Source of the DNA: Angustibacter luteus
GTDB lineage: Bacteria; Actinomycetota; Actinomycetes; Actinomycetales; Angustibacteraceae
Direction: 5' to 3'
Length of the DNA: 64,000 bases
NCBI RefSeq assembly: GCF_039541115.1
Contig: NZ_BAABFP010000004.1
Span: 62,001 to 126,000 of the forward strand
In this document: piece after piece, positions 18,979-27,725 of the stretch
Layout: each line of letters opens with the position of its first letter
Position numbering within the stretch: position 1 is the first letter of the stretch
The notes under the pieces: model-generated
What the model saw: the letters and a program-made list of their open reading frames with translations, nothing else
Told to the model about the DNA's origin: nothing
The model's database searches: none
Position numbers and translations under genes: made by a program

Positions 18979-21075
18979 TCACTCGTCGGTCTCGTCGATG
19001 ACCCGGCCCCCGAGCAACCGCTCGACCACGGGCCGGCCGACGAGGTCGCTGTCCTCTGCGTCCGGGTCGTCCGCGCTCGGCAGGTCGTCCGCGAGCGCCA
19101 CCGCCGACGCCTCCGGACGCCGGAACTTGGCCGCCTGCTCGGTGGCCACCTCACGGCGGCTGCGCCGGGGCGGTTCGGGCTCGGCCGGCGGGGCGGGATC
19201 GGCGGCTGGTTCAGGCTCCGGTTCCGGAGCAGGCTCGACGTCGTCGTGGGGTGGGCTGTCCCACCCGGCGGGCTCCGCCGGGGCCGTCTGCTGCGCGGGC
19301 TGGCGCGGCGGCGGTGAGGCGGGCGGGCCCGACGCGGGCGGCCGACCGGGACCCCCGGAGCCAGCACCACGGTTGGCGCCCCCGGCGGGCAAGGTGTCGC
19401 CGTGGACGGCCTCGACCTGGGCATCGAGGGCGAGGACCTCGATCAGCGCCTGCCGCACGAACTCGCCGTGCGCACCGGCGCGGAAGTTGGCCGCAGCACC
19501 CTCGGACGCGATCCCCAGCGTGACCCGGCGGCCGTCGAAGGCGAGCACCTGGGCGTGCTGGACCAGCATGAACGTCACCTTCTTCATGCTGAACAGGCGC
19601 GTCGCGACGTCCGGCCAGGCGTGCCGGATCGCCTCGACGTCCAGCGCGCCGGGGGCAGCCGGGGCCACTGAAGCAGCCGGCTCGGCCACCGGCTCGGGGG
19701 CCGGCTCGGCGACCGGCTGGGCGACCGGCTGGGCGACCGGCTCGGCGAGCGGCGTCGGCGCGGCGTCCGGCTGCGCCTCGGGCTCCGGTTCCGGCCGTGG
19801 TGCGGGCTCGGCTGCCGGGGCTCGATCGGCCGGCGGCGCAGCGGGGGCAGCGGGCTGGACGGCGGGCTGGACGGCAGCCGGGACAGCAGCGACCGGGGCG
19901 CCAGCCGCGGGCACGGCCACGGAGAGCCGGCGCTCGATGCGGTCCAGCCGGGCGCCGTAGCCGGCCTCGCCGTCGGCGGCGGGCAGCAGGACCCGGGCGC
20001 ACAGCAGCTCGAGCTGGAGCCGCGGTGCGGTGGCGCCGGTGAGCTCGGTCAAACCGTTGTTGACGACGTCCGCCGATCGGGAGAGCTGGGCGGCGCCGAA
20101 CCGGGAGGCCTGGTCGCGCAGCCGCTCGAGCTGGTCCTCCGGCACTCCGCGCAGGATCGCTCCGGCCCCCTCCGGCACCGCGCTGATCACCAGCAGGTCC
20201 CGCAGCCGCTCGAGCAGGTCCTCGACGAACCGGCGCGGCTCGTGCCCGGACTCGACGACACGGTCCACCACCTTGAAGACGGTCGCCGCATCGCCCGCCG
20301 CGAAGGCGTCGACCACCGCATCCAGCAGCGTGGCGTCGGTGTACCCGAGCAGCGACACCGCGCGCTCGTACGTCACCCCGTCCTCGCCTGACCCCGCGAT
20401 GAGCTGGTCGAGCACGGACAGCGCGTCCCGCACCGACCCGGCCCCCGCGCGCACCACGAGCGGCAGCACCCCCTTGGACACCTCGACGTCCTCGCGCCGG
20501 CACAGCTCAGCCAGGTAGTCCTGCAGGCGCTGCGGCGGGACCAGCCGGAAGGGGTAGTGGTGGGTCCGCGAGCGGATCGTCCCGATGACCTTCTCGGGCT
20601 CGGTGGTGGCGAAGATGAACTTCACGTGCGGCGGCGGCTCCTCGACGACCTTCAGCAGGGCGTTGAAGCCCGCGGAGGTCACCATGTGCGCCTCGTCGAT
20701 GATGTAGACCTTGTACCGGCTCGCGGCCGGGCCGAACGCCGCCTTCTCGCGCAGCTCGCGGGCGTCGTCCACACCACCGTGGCTGGCCGCGTCGATCTCG
20801 ATGACGTCGACCGTGCCCGCCCCACCACGGGCCAGGCCCACGCACGAGTCGCACACCCCGCAGGGCACATCCGTCGGCCCCTGCTCGCAGTTCAGGCAGC
20901 GCGCGAGGATCCGAGCGGACGTGGTCTTGCCGCACCCGCGAGGCCCGCTGAACAGGTAGGCGTGGTTGACCCGCCCGGTGCGCAGCGCCTGCATGAGCGG
21001 CTCGGTGACGTGCTCCTGACCGATGACGTCCGCGAACGACTCGGGGCGGTAGCGGCGGTACAGGGCGGTCGACAC
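18979..21075 (-). CDS. dnaX: DNA polymerase III subunit gamma/tau
   Basis: ALYRRYRP, GPRGCGKTT, IIDEAHM, TIRSR; long Pro/Ala linker. Confidence 0.97.
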   Translation of the reverse strand: MSTALYRRYRPESFADVIGQEHVTEPLMQALRTGRVNHAYLFSGPRGCGKTTSARILARCLNCEQGPTDVPCGVCDSCVGLARGGAGTVDVIEIDAASHGGVDDARELREKAAFGPAASRYKVYIIDEAHMVTSAGFNALLKVVEEPPPHVKFIFATTEPEKVIGTIRSRTHHYPFRLVPPQRLQDYLAELCRREDVEVSKGVLPLVVRAGAGSVRDALSVLDQLIAGSGEDGVTYERAVSLLGYTDATLLDAVVDAFAAGDAATVFKVVDRVVESGHEPRRFVEDLLERLRDLLVISAVPEGAGAILRGVPEDQLERLRDQASRFGAAQLSRSADVVNNGLTELTGATAPRLQLELLCARVLLPAADGEAGYGARLDRIERRLSVAVPAAGAPVAAVPAAVQPAVQPAAPAAPPADRAPAAEPAPRPEPEPEAQPDAAPTPLAEPVAQPVAQPVAEPAPEPVAEPAASVAPAAPGALDVEAIRHAWPDVATRLFSMKKVTFMLVQHAQVLAFDGRRVTLGIASEGAAANFRAGAHGEFVRQALIEVLALDAQVEAVHGDTLPAGGANRGAGSGGPGRPPASGPPASPPPRQPAQQTAPAEPAGWDSPPHDDVEPAPEPEPEPAADPAPPAEPEPPRRSRREVATEQAAKFRRPEASAVALADDLPSADDPDAEDSDLVGRPVVERLLGGRVIDETDE
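19677..19748. repeat. 6 x 12-bp in-frame tandem repeat in the dnaX linker
   Basis: Units of CCGGCT(C/G)GGCGA-type encoding EPVA/QPVA. Confidence 0.8.
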
Positions 21076-21218
21076 GGGACGACCCTAACGCGCCGTCCCG
21101 ACAGCTTGGCGTCCGTCGTCCACCGGTTCCACCCACGACCGACGGTCTGCGGTTGCCGCTGTCGGTGGACTGCGCGACGGTGTACCCGGTCAAAGGGGAC
21201 GTCTAGCCGAGGAGCGTC

Positions 21219-21746
21219 ATGGCCGGCACTGCGCACGAACGTCCGCTGGTCGTCGTGATGGGCGTCTCCGGAACGGGGAAGACGACCATCGGCGAGGCAC
21301 TCGCCGCACGGCTCCACCTCGACTACCGGGACGCCGACGTGTTCCACCCGCAGGCCAACATCGACAAGATGGCGGCCGGCCACCCCCTGGACGACGACGA
21401 CCGGGCCCCCTGGCTGGCGGCCATCGGTGGCTGGCTCGCCGAGCACGACCTGACCGGTGGGGTGGTGAGCTGCTCGGCGCTGCACCGCACCTACCGGGAC
21501 ACCCTGCGCAGCCTCGCGCCCCGAGCGCGCTTCCTGCACCTGTCCGGCGACCCGGAGGTCATCGCCGAGCGGATGCGGGCCCGGCCCGAGCACTTCTTCA
21601 AGGTCGAGATGCTCGCGTCCCAGCTCGAGACCCTCGAGCCGCTCGAGGACGACGAGCCCGGCGTCACCGCCGACCTGTCCGACCCGGTCGAGCAGATCAT
21701 CGACCACTTCCTGTCGACCCTCGCACCCACCGGAGGCACCCCGTGA
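21219..21746 (+). CDS. gntK: gluconokinase (GntK/IdnK type)
   Basis: MGVSGTGKTT, FHPQANIDKMAAGHPLDDDDR, CSAL. Confidence 0.95.
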   Translation: MAGTAHERPLVVVMGVSGTGKTTIGEALAARLHLDYRDADVFHPQANIDKMAAGHPLDDDDRAPWLAAIGGWLAEHDLTGGVVSCSALHRTYRDTLRSLAPRARFLHLSGDPEVIAERMRARPEHFFKVEMLASQLETLEPLEDDEPGVTADLSDPVEQIIDHFLSTLAPTGGTP

Positions 21747-23248
21747 TCACCGCGTTCCTCACCGCTGAGCCGATCAGCGACGCCAGCGGCGGCCAGCTGA
21801 TCGCCGCTGCACTGATCGGTATCGCGGTCATCGTCGTGCTGATCACCTGGCTCAAGGTGCACCCGTTCCTCGCCCTGACCATCGGCTCGATCATCACCGG
21901 CGCAGTCGCCGGCGCCGAGCTGTCCAAGACGGTGCTGAGCTTCTCGACCGGCGTCGGCGCGACCGTGGCCTCGGTGGGCGTGCTCATCGCGCTCGGCGCG
22001 ATGTTCGGCAAGCTGCTCGCCGACTCCGGCGGCGCGTCCGAGATCGTGGACACCATCGTCGACCGCTCCAGCGCGCGCACCCTGCCGTGGGCGATGGCGC
22101 TGGTCGGGGCCCTGATCGGGCTGCCGATGTTCTTCGAGATCGGCCTGGTGCTGCTCGTGCCGATCATCCTGCTGGTGGCTCAGCGCTCGGGTCAGCCCCT
22201 GATGAAGATCGCGATCCCCACGCTCGCGGGGCTCTCGGTGCTGCACGGGTTCGTCCCGCCGCACCCCGGCCCGCTGGCCGCCATCGGCGTCGTGAAGGCC
22301 GACCTCGGCATCACCCTCGCGCTCGGCCTGCTGATCGCCATCCCGACCGTGATCATCGCCGGGCCGCTGTTCGCGCCCTTCGCGGCCCGCTGGGCCCCGG
22401 TGATGGCCCCCGGTGCCGCAGTGGAGGAGACCGTCGGCGCCGGTGGCGCGGGCAACACGTCGCGGACGTCGACCGGCGCCGGCACGAGCGCAGCGCGCAC
22501 GAGCAGCACGGGAACCGGCGAGGGCACGGACGTCGACACCGGCGAGGGCGACACCAGCCTGGACCGTGCGCCGGGCCACCGCCGGCCGAGCTTCCCGGTC
22601 ACGCTCGCCACCGTTCTGCTGCCCGTCGCACTGATGCTGGGCAAGGCCGTCGCCGACATCTGGCTCAACGAGAACAGCCTGGGCTACAAGGTGCTGGACT
22701 TCATCGGCACGCCGCTGGTGGCACTGCTGATCGCCGTGCTCGTGGCCATGTTCACCCTCGGGGTGGGCACGGGCATGAGCAAGACGGAGCTGTCGAAGTC
22801 GTTCGAGACCTCGCTGCCGCCGATCGCCGGGCCGCTGCTCATCGTGGCCGCCGGCGGCGGTTTCAAGCAGGTCCTGGTCGACACCGGGATCGGCGGGGCC
22901 ATCGGCGACGCGATCGCGGGCAGCAGCATCTCGCCGCTGCTGCTGGCGTGGGTGGTGGCGGTGCTGATCCGGCTCGCGACCGGGTCGGCGACCGTGGCCA
23001 CCATCACCGCCGCGGGCATCATGGCCCCGCTGGCGGGCAGCATGTCCAACGGGGAGACCTCGCTGCTCGTGCTGGCCATCGGCAGCGGCTCGCTGTTCTT
23101 CAGCCACGTCAACGACGCCGGGTTCTGGCTGGTCAAGGAGTACTTCGGGCTCACCGTGGGGCAGACCATCAAGAGCTGGTCGGTGATGGAGACGATCATC
23201 TCGGTGACCGGCATCATCCTGGTCATGGCGTTGAACCTGGTCGTGTAG
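21743..23248 (+). CDS. gntP: GntP-family gluconate:H+ symporter
   Basis: HPFLAL, VPPHPGP, GSATVA, SHVNDAGFWLVKEYF. Confidence 0.95.
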   Translation: MITAFLTAEPISDASGGQLIAAALIGIAVIVVLITWLKVHPFLALTIGSIITGAVAGAELSKTVLSFSTGVGATVASVGVLIALGAMFGKLLADSGGASEIVDTIVDRSSARTLPWAMALVGALIGLPMFFEIGLVLLVPIILLVAQRSGQPLMKIAIPTLAGLSVLHGFVPPHPGPLAAIGVVKADLGITLALGLLIAIPTVIIAGPLFAPFAARWAPVMAPGAAVEETVGAGGAGNTSRTSTGAGTSAARTSSTGTGEGTDVDTGEGDTSLDRAPGHRRPSFPVTLATVLLPVALMLGKAVADIWLNENSLGYKVLDFIGTPLVALLIAVLVAMFTLGVGTGMSKTELSKSFETSLPPIAGPLLIVAAGGGFKQVLVDTGIGGAIGDAIAGSSISPLLLAWVVAVLIRLATGSATVATITAAGIMAPLAGSMSNGETSLLVLAIGSGSLFFSHVNDAGFWLVKEYFGLTVGQTIKSWSVMETIISVTGIILVMALNLVV

Positions 23249-23250
23249 CG

Positions 23251-24027
23251 GTGCCCGGGGCGGCCGGCCTCTTCGACCTGACCGGCGAGGTCGCACTCGT
23301 CACCGGCGCGAGCCGCGGCATCGGGGCGGTGCTCGCTCGTGGACTGGCCACGGCCGGGGCCACCGTCGTGATCACGGCGCGGGACGAGGCGGCCCTGCAG
23401 AGGCAGGCGGAGCACCTCCGGGACGAGGTCGCCGCCGAGGTGCACACAGTCGCCTTCGACGTCACCGAGCCGGACGACGTCGCCCGCGGCGCCGCCCAGG
23501 TGCGCGACCTCGCGGGCGACCCGACGATCCTGGTGAACAACGCGGGCGTCCAGCACCGGCAACCGATCCTCGAGCTGGAGCCCGCGGACTGGCACCGGCT
23601 GCTCGACACGAACCTGACCAGCGCCTACCTGGTGGCCCGCGAGCTCGCCCCCGCGATGCTGCGGGCCGGGCGCGGCAAGGTGCTCAACGTCTGCTCCGTG
23701 CAGACCCACCTCGCCCGGCCCGGGCTGTCGGCGTACGCGGCCAGCAAGGCCGGCCTGGGCATGCTCACCCAGGTCATGTGCGCGGAGTGGGCGTCGTCCG
23801 GCGTCCAGGTCAACGGTCTCGCGCCCGGGTACGTCGACACCGAGCTCACCGCACCTCTGGTCGCCGACCCCGAGTTCGACTCCTGGATCCGCGGCCGGAC
23901 GCCGGCCGGCCGCTGGGGCGCGCCGCAGGACCTCGTCGGCGCGGCGGTGTTCCTGTGCAGCGGCGCGTCCGACTTCGTGAACGGCCAGGTGCTCGTCGTG
24001 GACGGCGGGCTCACCGCAGTCGTCTGA
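23251..24027 (+). CDS. SDR oxidoreductase, gluconate 5-dehydrogenase (Gno/IdnO-like)
   Basis: TGASRGIG, NNAGVQHR, CSVQ, YAASK, RTPAGRWG. Confidence 0.88.
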   Translation: MPGAAGLFDLTGEVALVTGASRGIGAVLARGLATAGATVVITARDEAALQRQAEHLRDEVAAEVHTVAFDVTEPDDVARGAAQVRDLAGDPTILVNNAGVQHRQPILELEPADWHRLLDTNLTSAYLVARELAPAMLRAGRGKVLNVCSVQTHLARPGLSAYAASKAGLGMLTQVMCAEWASSGVQVNGLAPGYVDTELTAPLVADPEFDSWIRGRTPAGRWGAPQDLVGAAVFLCSGASDFVNGQVLVVDGGLTAVV

Positions 24028-24042
24028 GACCCAGCAAACATG

Positions 24043-24138
24043 AGCGACCCCTCGCGCACCCGACAGAGCCCGCCTGCCCTTGCTGCCTTCCGGCCCTGGG
24101 GGAGTTGAGCGAGGTGACGCCGCACGAGGGGTCGGCGA
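24043..24138 (-). ncRNA. ffs: small signal recognition particle RNA (4.5S)
   Basis: Minus strand contains CCAGGGCCGGAAGGCAGCA (domain IV); closing stem CGACCCCTCG/CGAGGGGTCG; lies between tRNA-Ser and dnaX. Ends are approximate. Confidence 0.92.
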
Positions 24139-24200
24139 CCACTCTACAAGGCGCCGGGCGTGGTCCGAGCCACCCCTGAACCTCCGGTATTCTCTGCGGC

Positions 24201-24289
24201 GGAGGATTCGCATAGTGGCCTAGTGCGCACGATTGGAAATCGTGTTGGGTTAATCACCCTCAGGGGTTCAAATCCCCTATCCTCCGCCA
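24201..24289 (+). tRNA. tRNA-Ser(GGA)
   Basis: Anticodon arm CACGA-TTGGAAA-TCGTG, long variable arm, GGTTCAAATCC, CCA. Confidence 0.97.
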
Positions 24290-24292
24290 CCT

Positions 24293-24326
24293 CGAGGGGG
24301 TCCGGGCAGCTGCTCGGGCCCCTTCG
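24293..24326 (+). terminator. terminator hairpin after tRNA-Ser
   Basis: CGAGGGGGTCCGGGCA-gc-TGCTCGGGCCCCTTCG. Confidence 0.7.
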
Positions 24327-24418
24327 TCGTCCGGGAACGAACCCTGGCGTCCGGAGCGCCCCGGCTGCCACACTCGCTCGCAGCGCAGACCGTGAGGTCG
24401 ACCGAGAGGTGGGACGCC

Positions 24419-24859
24419 GTGGCGATCCGAGACAACCCCTACGGGGAGTTCAACTTCCTGGTCCAGCTCGGCGACGGCAGCGACGACACCGTCGCCGGCG
24501 GGTTCCGCACGGTCAGCGGCATCGGCACCTCCCTGGACGTCATCGAGTACCGCAACGGCAACGACCGCTCGCCCTCGACGCGGCTGCTGGCCGGGCTGCG
24601 CCGGCACCCGCGGGCCGTGCTCACTCGCGGGGTGATCGGTGACCTCCGGCTGTGGCAGTGGGCGAACCAGGACCCACCCGAGCGGCGCACCGTGACGATC
24701 GTGCTGCTCGACGAGACCCGTTCCGCGGTCATGGCGTTCACGTTGCTGCGGGCGTGGCCGACGAAGTGGGAGGGCCCGGCGCTGGACGCCGCGGGGACCG
24801 ACGTCGCGATCGAGACCCTCGAGCTCTGCTACGAGGGCCTGCAGGTCGAGAGCATCTGA
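24419..24859 (+). CDS. phage/eCIS tail tube protein (T4 gp19-like, Afp1/5 family), orphan
   Basis: RDNPYGEFNFLV, GGFxxVSG, IEYRNGN, LTRGV, AWPTKWEGPALDA, VAIETLEL; SD GAGAGG. Confidence 0.88.
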   Translation: MAIRDNPYGEFNFLVQLGDGSDDTVAGGFRTVSGIGTSLDVIEYRNGNDRSPSTRLLAGLRRHPRAVLTRGVIGDLRLWQWANQDPPERRTVTIVLLDETRSAVMAFTLLRAWPTKWEGPALDAAGTDVAIETLELCYEGLQVESI

Positions 24860-24862
24860 GCC

Positions 24863-25219
24863 ATGGCCGAGCCCACGAGCTGGCGTCCCGAGGTCGTGCT
24901 GGACGTCGAGGTCCGCGGCGGGTCCGTCGTCCTGGTGCTGGAGAACACCGGGACGGCGTGCGCGTACCGACCGCGGGTGCGGTTCGACCCTGAGGTGGTC
25001 GGGCTGGGCGGAGAGCTGGCGGTGTCCAAGCTGCGGATCTGGACCTCGCTCGCCGTCCTTCGCCCGGGCCGTGCCGTGGAGGTGCTGCTGGGCAGCGTCG
25101 CCGACACCGATCAGCGGTTCACCGCGCAGATCGACTACGCGGACGTCGACGGGCGCAGCTACGCAGTGACGCTCGGCCACGACCTGCGCGTGTACCACGA
25201 GCTTCCGCAGCCCTTCTGA
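24863..25219 (+). CDS. hypothetical beta-rich protein coupled to the tail tube gene
   Basis: ATG 3 nt after the tube stop; pattern LVLENTG...LRPG...IDYADVDGRSY suggests a beta-sandwich. Confidence 0.75.
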   Translation: MAEPTSWRPEVVLDVEVRGGSVVLVLENTGTACAYRPRVRFDPEVVGLGGELAVSKLRIWTSLAVLRPGRAVEVLLGSVADTDQRFTAQIDYADVDGRSYAVTLGHDLRVYHELPQPF

Positions 25220-25244
25220 CCTGCGCTTCCTCTAGGATCAGGGC

Positions 25245-25544
25245 GTGATATTCAAGGCCGTCGGCGACTCCCGACCGTATCCGGACCACGGGCTCACCAC
25301 GCCCAAGGACTGGTCGGACGTCCCGCCGCGGCAGGTGCGGCTCGACGAGCTGGTCACGACGAAGCGCACCCTCGACCTGGACGCCCTGCTGTCCGAGGAC
25401 TCCACGTTCTACGGTGACCTGTTCGCGCACGTCGTGGAGTTCGGCGGGGTGCTCTACCTCGAGGACGGGCTGCACCGGGCCCTGCGAGCTGCCCTGCAGC
25501 AGCGGCCCGTCCTGCACGCGCGCGTCCTGGTGATCGACGGCTAG
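25245..25544 (+). CDS. conserved small actinobacterial protein with a ParB/Srx-like motif
   Basis: MIFKAVGDSRPYPDHG...LYLEDGLHRALRAAL; TAGGAT 6 nt before GTG. Confidence 0.85.
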   Translation: MIFKAVGDSRPYPDHGLTTPKDWSDVPPRQVRLDELVTTKRTLDLDALLSEDSTFYGDLFAHVVEFGGVLYLEDGLHRALRAALQQRPVLHARVLVIDG

Positions 25545-25549
25545 CAGCC

Positions 25550-26164
25550 ATGTCGACGGGGTACATCGACGAGCCCCCCACCTGGCGGCTTCGCAAGCGG
25601 CACCGGCAGCAGATCACGCTGGGGCTGGTCCTGTTGCTGCTGCTGGCGACCGGGGCGGTCGGGTACGCCGTGTACTCGGGGGCCATCGGTGGCCCGGCAC
25701 AGGTCGACGTGGCCAAGCTGCCGCCCTGCCCGCCGGCCGCGAAGGTCCTGACGCCCGAGAGCGTGCACGTCAACGTCTACAACGCGACCCGGCGCGACGG
25801 TCTCGCCGCCAAGACCGCCAACGCGCTCGCGCTGCGCTCCTTCGCCATCGGGACCTACGCCAACGACCCGAAGAACGAGCGGGTCGCCGGCATCGCGATC
25901 ATCCGCTACGGCCCGAAGGGCTCGGCGGCCGCGACGGTGCTGGCCAAGCACGTGGCCGGCGCGAAGCTGGTCAACGACAAGCGCAAGGGCGCCGGGGTCG
26001 ATCTCGTGCTGGGGGCGAAGTACAAGAGCCTGAAGCCGCTCGCCCAGGTGACCGCGACGCCGACCAGCACACCCACGTGTCGGGTCGTCACCCCGACGCC
26101 CAGCGTGACGACGTCCCCGACGGCCACGGCCAAGGTGACCGCCAAGGCCACGACTGCCAAGTAG
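25550..26164 (+). CDS. LytR C-terminal domain membrane protein
   Basis: TM helix; VNVYNATRRDGLA...IRYG...VDLVLG. Confidence 0.88.
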   Translation: MSTGYIDEPPTWRLRKRHRQQITLGLVLLLLLATGAVGYAVYSGAIGGPAQVDVAKLPPCPPAAKVLTPESVHVNVYNATRRDGLAAKTANALALRSFAIGTYANDPKNERVAGIAIIRYGPKGSAAATVLAKHVAGAKLVNDKRKGAGVDLVLGAKYKSLKPLAQVTATPTSTPTCRVVTPTPSVTTSPTATAKVTAKATTAK

Positions 26165-26199
26165 CGCAGCCGATGCCGGGAGGCGGCAGGATGGTCCGG

Positions 26200-26811
26200 A
26201 TGAGCACCGAAGCACGCGAGATCTGGGACGCCGAAGCCACCTCGTTCGACGACGAGCCTGACCACGGCCTGCGCGACCCCGAGACGCGGGCGGCCTGGGA
26301 GCAGCTGCTCGCCGAGCTGCTACCGGCCATCCCTCACCCGCTCCGCGTGGCTGACCTCGGGTGCGGCACCGGCTCTCTGGCGGTCCTGATGGCGGCGCGC
26401 GGGCACCACGTGCACGGGCTCGACGTGTCGCCGGTGATGGTCGAGCAGGCTCGCGCCAAGGCCCAGGACGCTGGCCTGAGTGCCGAGGGCGCGACGTTCG
26501 CCGTTGGTGACGCGGCGTTCCCGGACCTGCCGGCCGGCGCGTTCGACGTCGTGCTGTGCCGGCACGTCCTGTGGGCCCTGCCTGATGCGCGCGCGGTGGT
26601 CAGCCGCTGGACGGACCTGCTGGCGCCGGGCGGGCGGCTGGTCCTCGTCGAGGGCTTCTGGTTCACCGGCGCGGGGCTGCACCAGGACCAGACGGTCGAC
26701 TTGCTCGACCCGCGACTGGTCCTGCGCCGGAGCGAGCTGCTGCCGGACCGCGCGTTGTGGGGCAAGGAGATCAGCGACGAGCGGTTCGTCGTCGCGGCGG
26801 ACCGCGAGTGA
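26200..26811 (+). CDS. class I SAM-dependent methyltransferase
   Basis: VADLGCGTG, FDVVLCRHVLW, LAPGGRL. Confidence 0.92.
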   Translation: MSTEAREIWDAEATSFDDEPDHGLRDPETRAAWEQLLAELLPAIPHPLRVADLGCGTGSLAVLMAARGHHVHGLDVSPVMVEQARAKAQDAGLSAEGATFAVGDAAFPDLPAGAFDVVLCRHVLWALPDARAVVSRWTDLLAPGGRLVLVEGFWFTGAGLHQDQTVDLLDPRLVLRRSELLPDRALWGKEISDERFVVAADRE

Positions 26812-27284
26812 GCGGTCGCGCACCTGCTCGGACGCCGTCCACCCTGCTGCCGCACCTGCGTCGGGCCCGCGACCACATCGACCGGCACTTCGCGGAACCG
26901 CTCGACGTCGACGCGCTGGCGGCGGTCGCCGGCCTCTCGCCGTCCCACTTCGTCCGGCGGTTCGGCGAGGCCTTCGGCGAGACGCCCATCCGCTACCTCA
27001 CCCGGCGGCGGATCGAGCGCGCGCAGGACCTGCTCCGGGTCGCGAACCTCACCGTCACCGAGGTGTGCACGGCAGTCGGCTTCGCCAGCCTCGGCTCGTT
27101 CTCCTCCCGGTTCAGCGAGCTCGTCGGGCAGTCCCCGACCGCCTACCGGGACCACTGGGCCGCCCGCGGCGGCCCGCACGTGCCCGGCTGCTACCTGTTC
27201 ATGCGCGGCGTCGTCGACCTGCCCGGAACCGCGCAACCTCGGAGAAGCGCCAGCGACCACGCGGCCCGTACCGTCGAGCCATGA
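26808..27284 (+). CDS. AraC-family regulator (HTH only)
   Basis: LRRARDHIDRH, SPSHFVRRF, TVTEVCTAVGFASLGSFSSRF. Confidence 0.92.
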   Translation: MSGRAPARTPSTLLPHLRRARDHIDRHFAEPLDVDALAAVAGLSPSHFVRRFGEAFGETPIRYLTRRRIERAQDLLRVANLTVTEVCTAVGFASLGSFSSRFSELVGQSPTAYRDHWAARGGPHVPGCYLFMRGVVDLPGTAQPRRSASDHAARTVEP

Positions 27285-27706
27285 TCACCAACGTCTCGCT
27301 CACCACCGTGTACTGCCTCGACCAGGATGCCGCCCGCGACTTCTACGTCGACGTGCTCGGGTTCGAGCCCCGCGTCGACGTCAGCCTGGGTGGGTACCGC
27401 TGGGTGACCATCAGCCACCCCAACCAGCCCGAGCTCGAGCTGACCCTGATGACGCCGGGTCCCCCGCTGGACGACGACGCCGCGGCGTTCGTGCGGAGCC
27501 AGCTCGAGAAGGGTTCCCAGGGCGGTGTCGGCCTGCGCGTCGACGACTGCCAGCGGACCTTCGAGGAGCTGAGCGCCAAGGGCGTGACCTTCATGCAGGA
27601 GCCGGCCGAGCGCCCGTACGGCGTCGAGGCCGTCATGCGCGACGTGTCCGGGAACTGGCTGGTGCTCGTCGAACCGCGCGAGTTCACCCCGGAGGACTTC
27701 GACTGA
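27281..27706 (+). CDS. VOC/glyoxalase family protein
   Basis: DQDAARDFYVDVLGFE, ERPYGVEA, RDVSGN. Confidence 0.92.
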   Translation: MITNVSLTTVYCLDQDAARDFYVDVLGFEPRVDVSLGGYRWVTISHPNQPELELTLMTPGPPLDDDAAAFVRSQLEKGSQGGVGLRVDDCQRTFEELSAKGVTFMQEPAERPYGVEAVMRDVSGNWLVLVEPREFTPEDFD

Positions 27707-27725
27707 CCGGTCGTAGGCTCAGGGG

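Noticed and set aside
18979..21075. Programmed frameshift in dnaX producing gamma
   Set aside because: No A-rich slippery site of the E. coli or Thermus type was seen.
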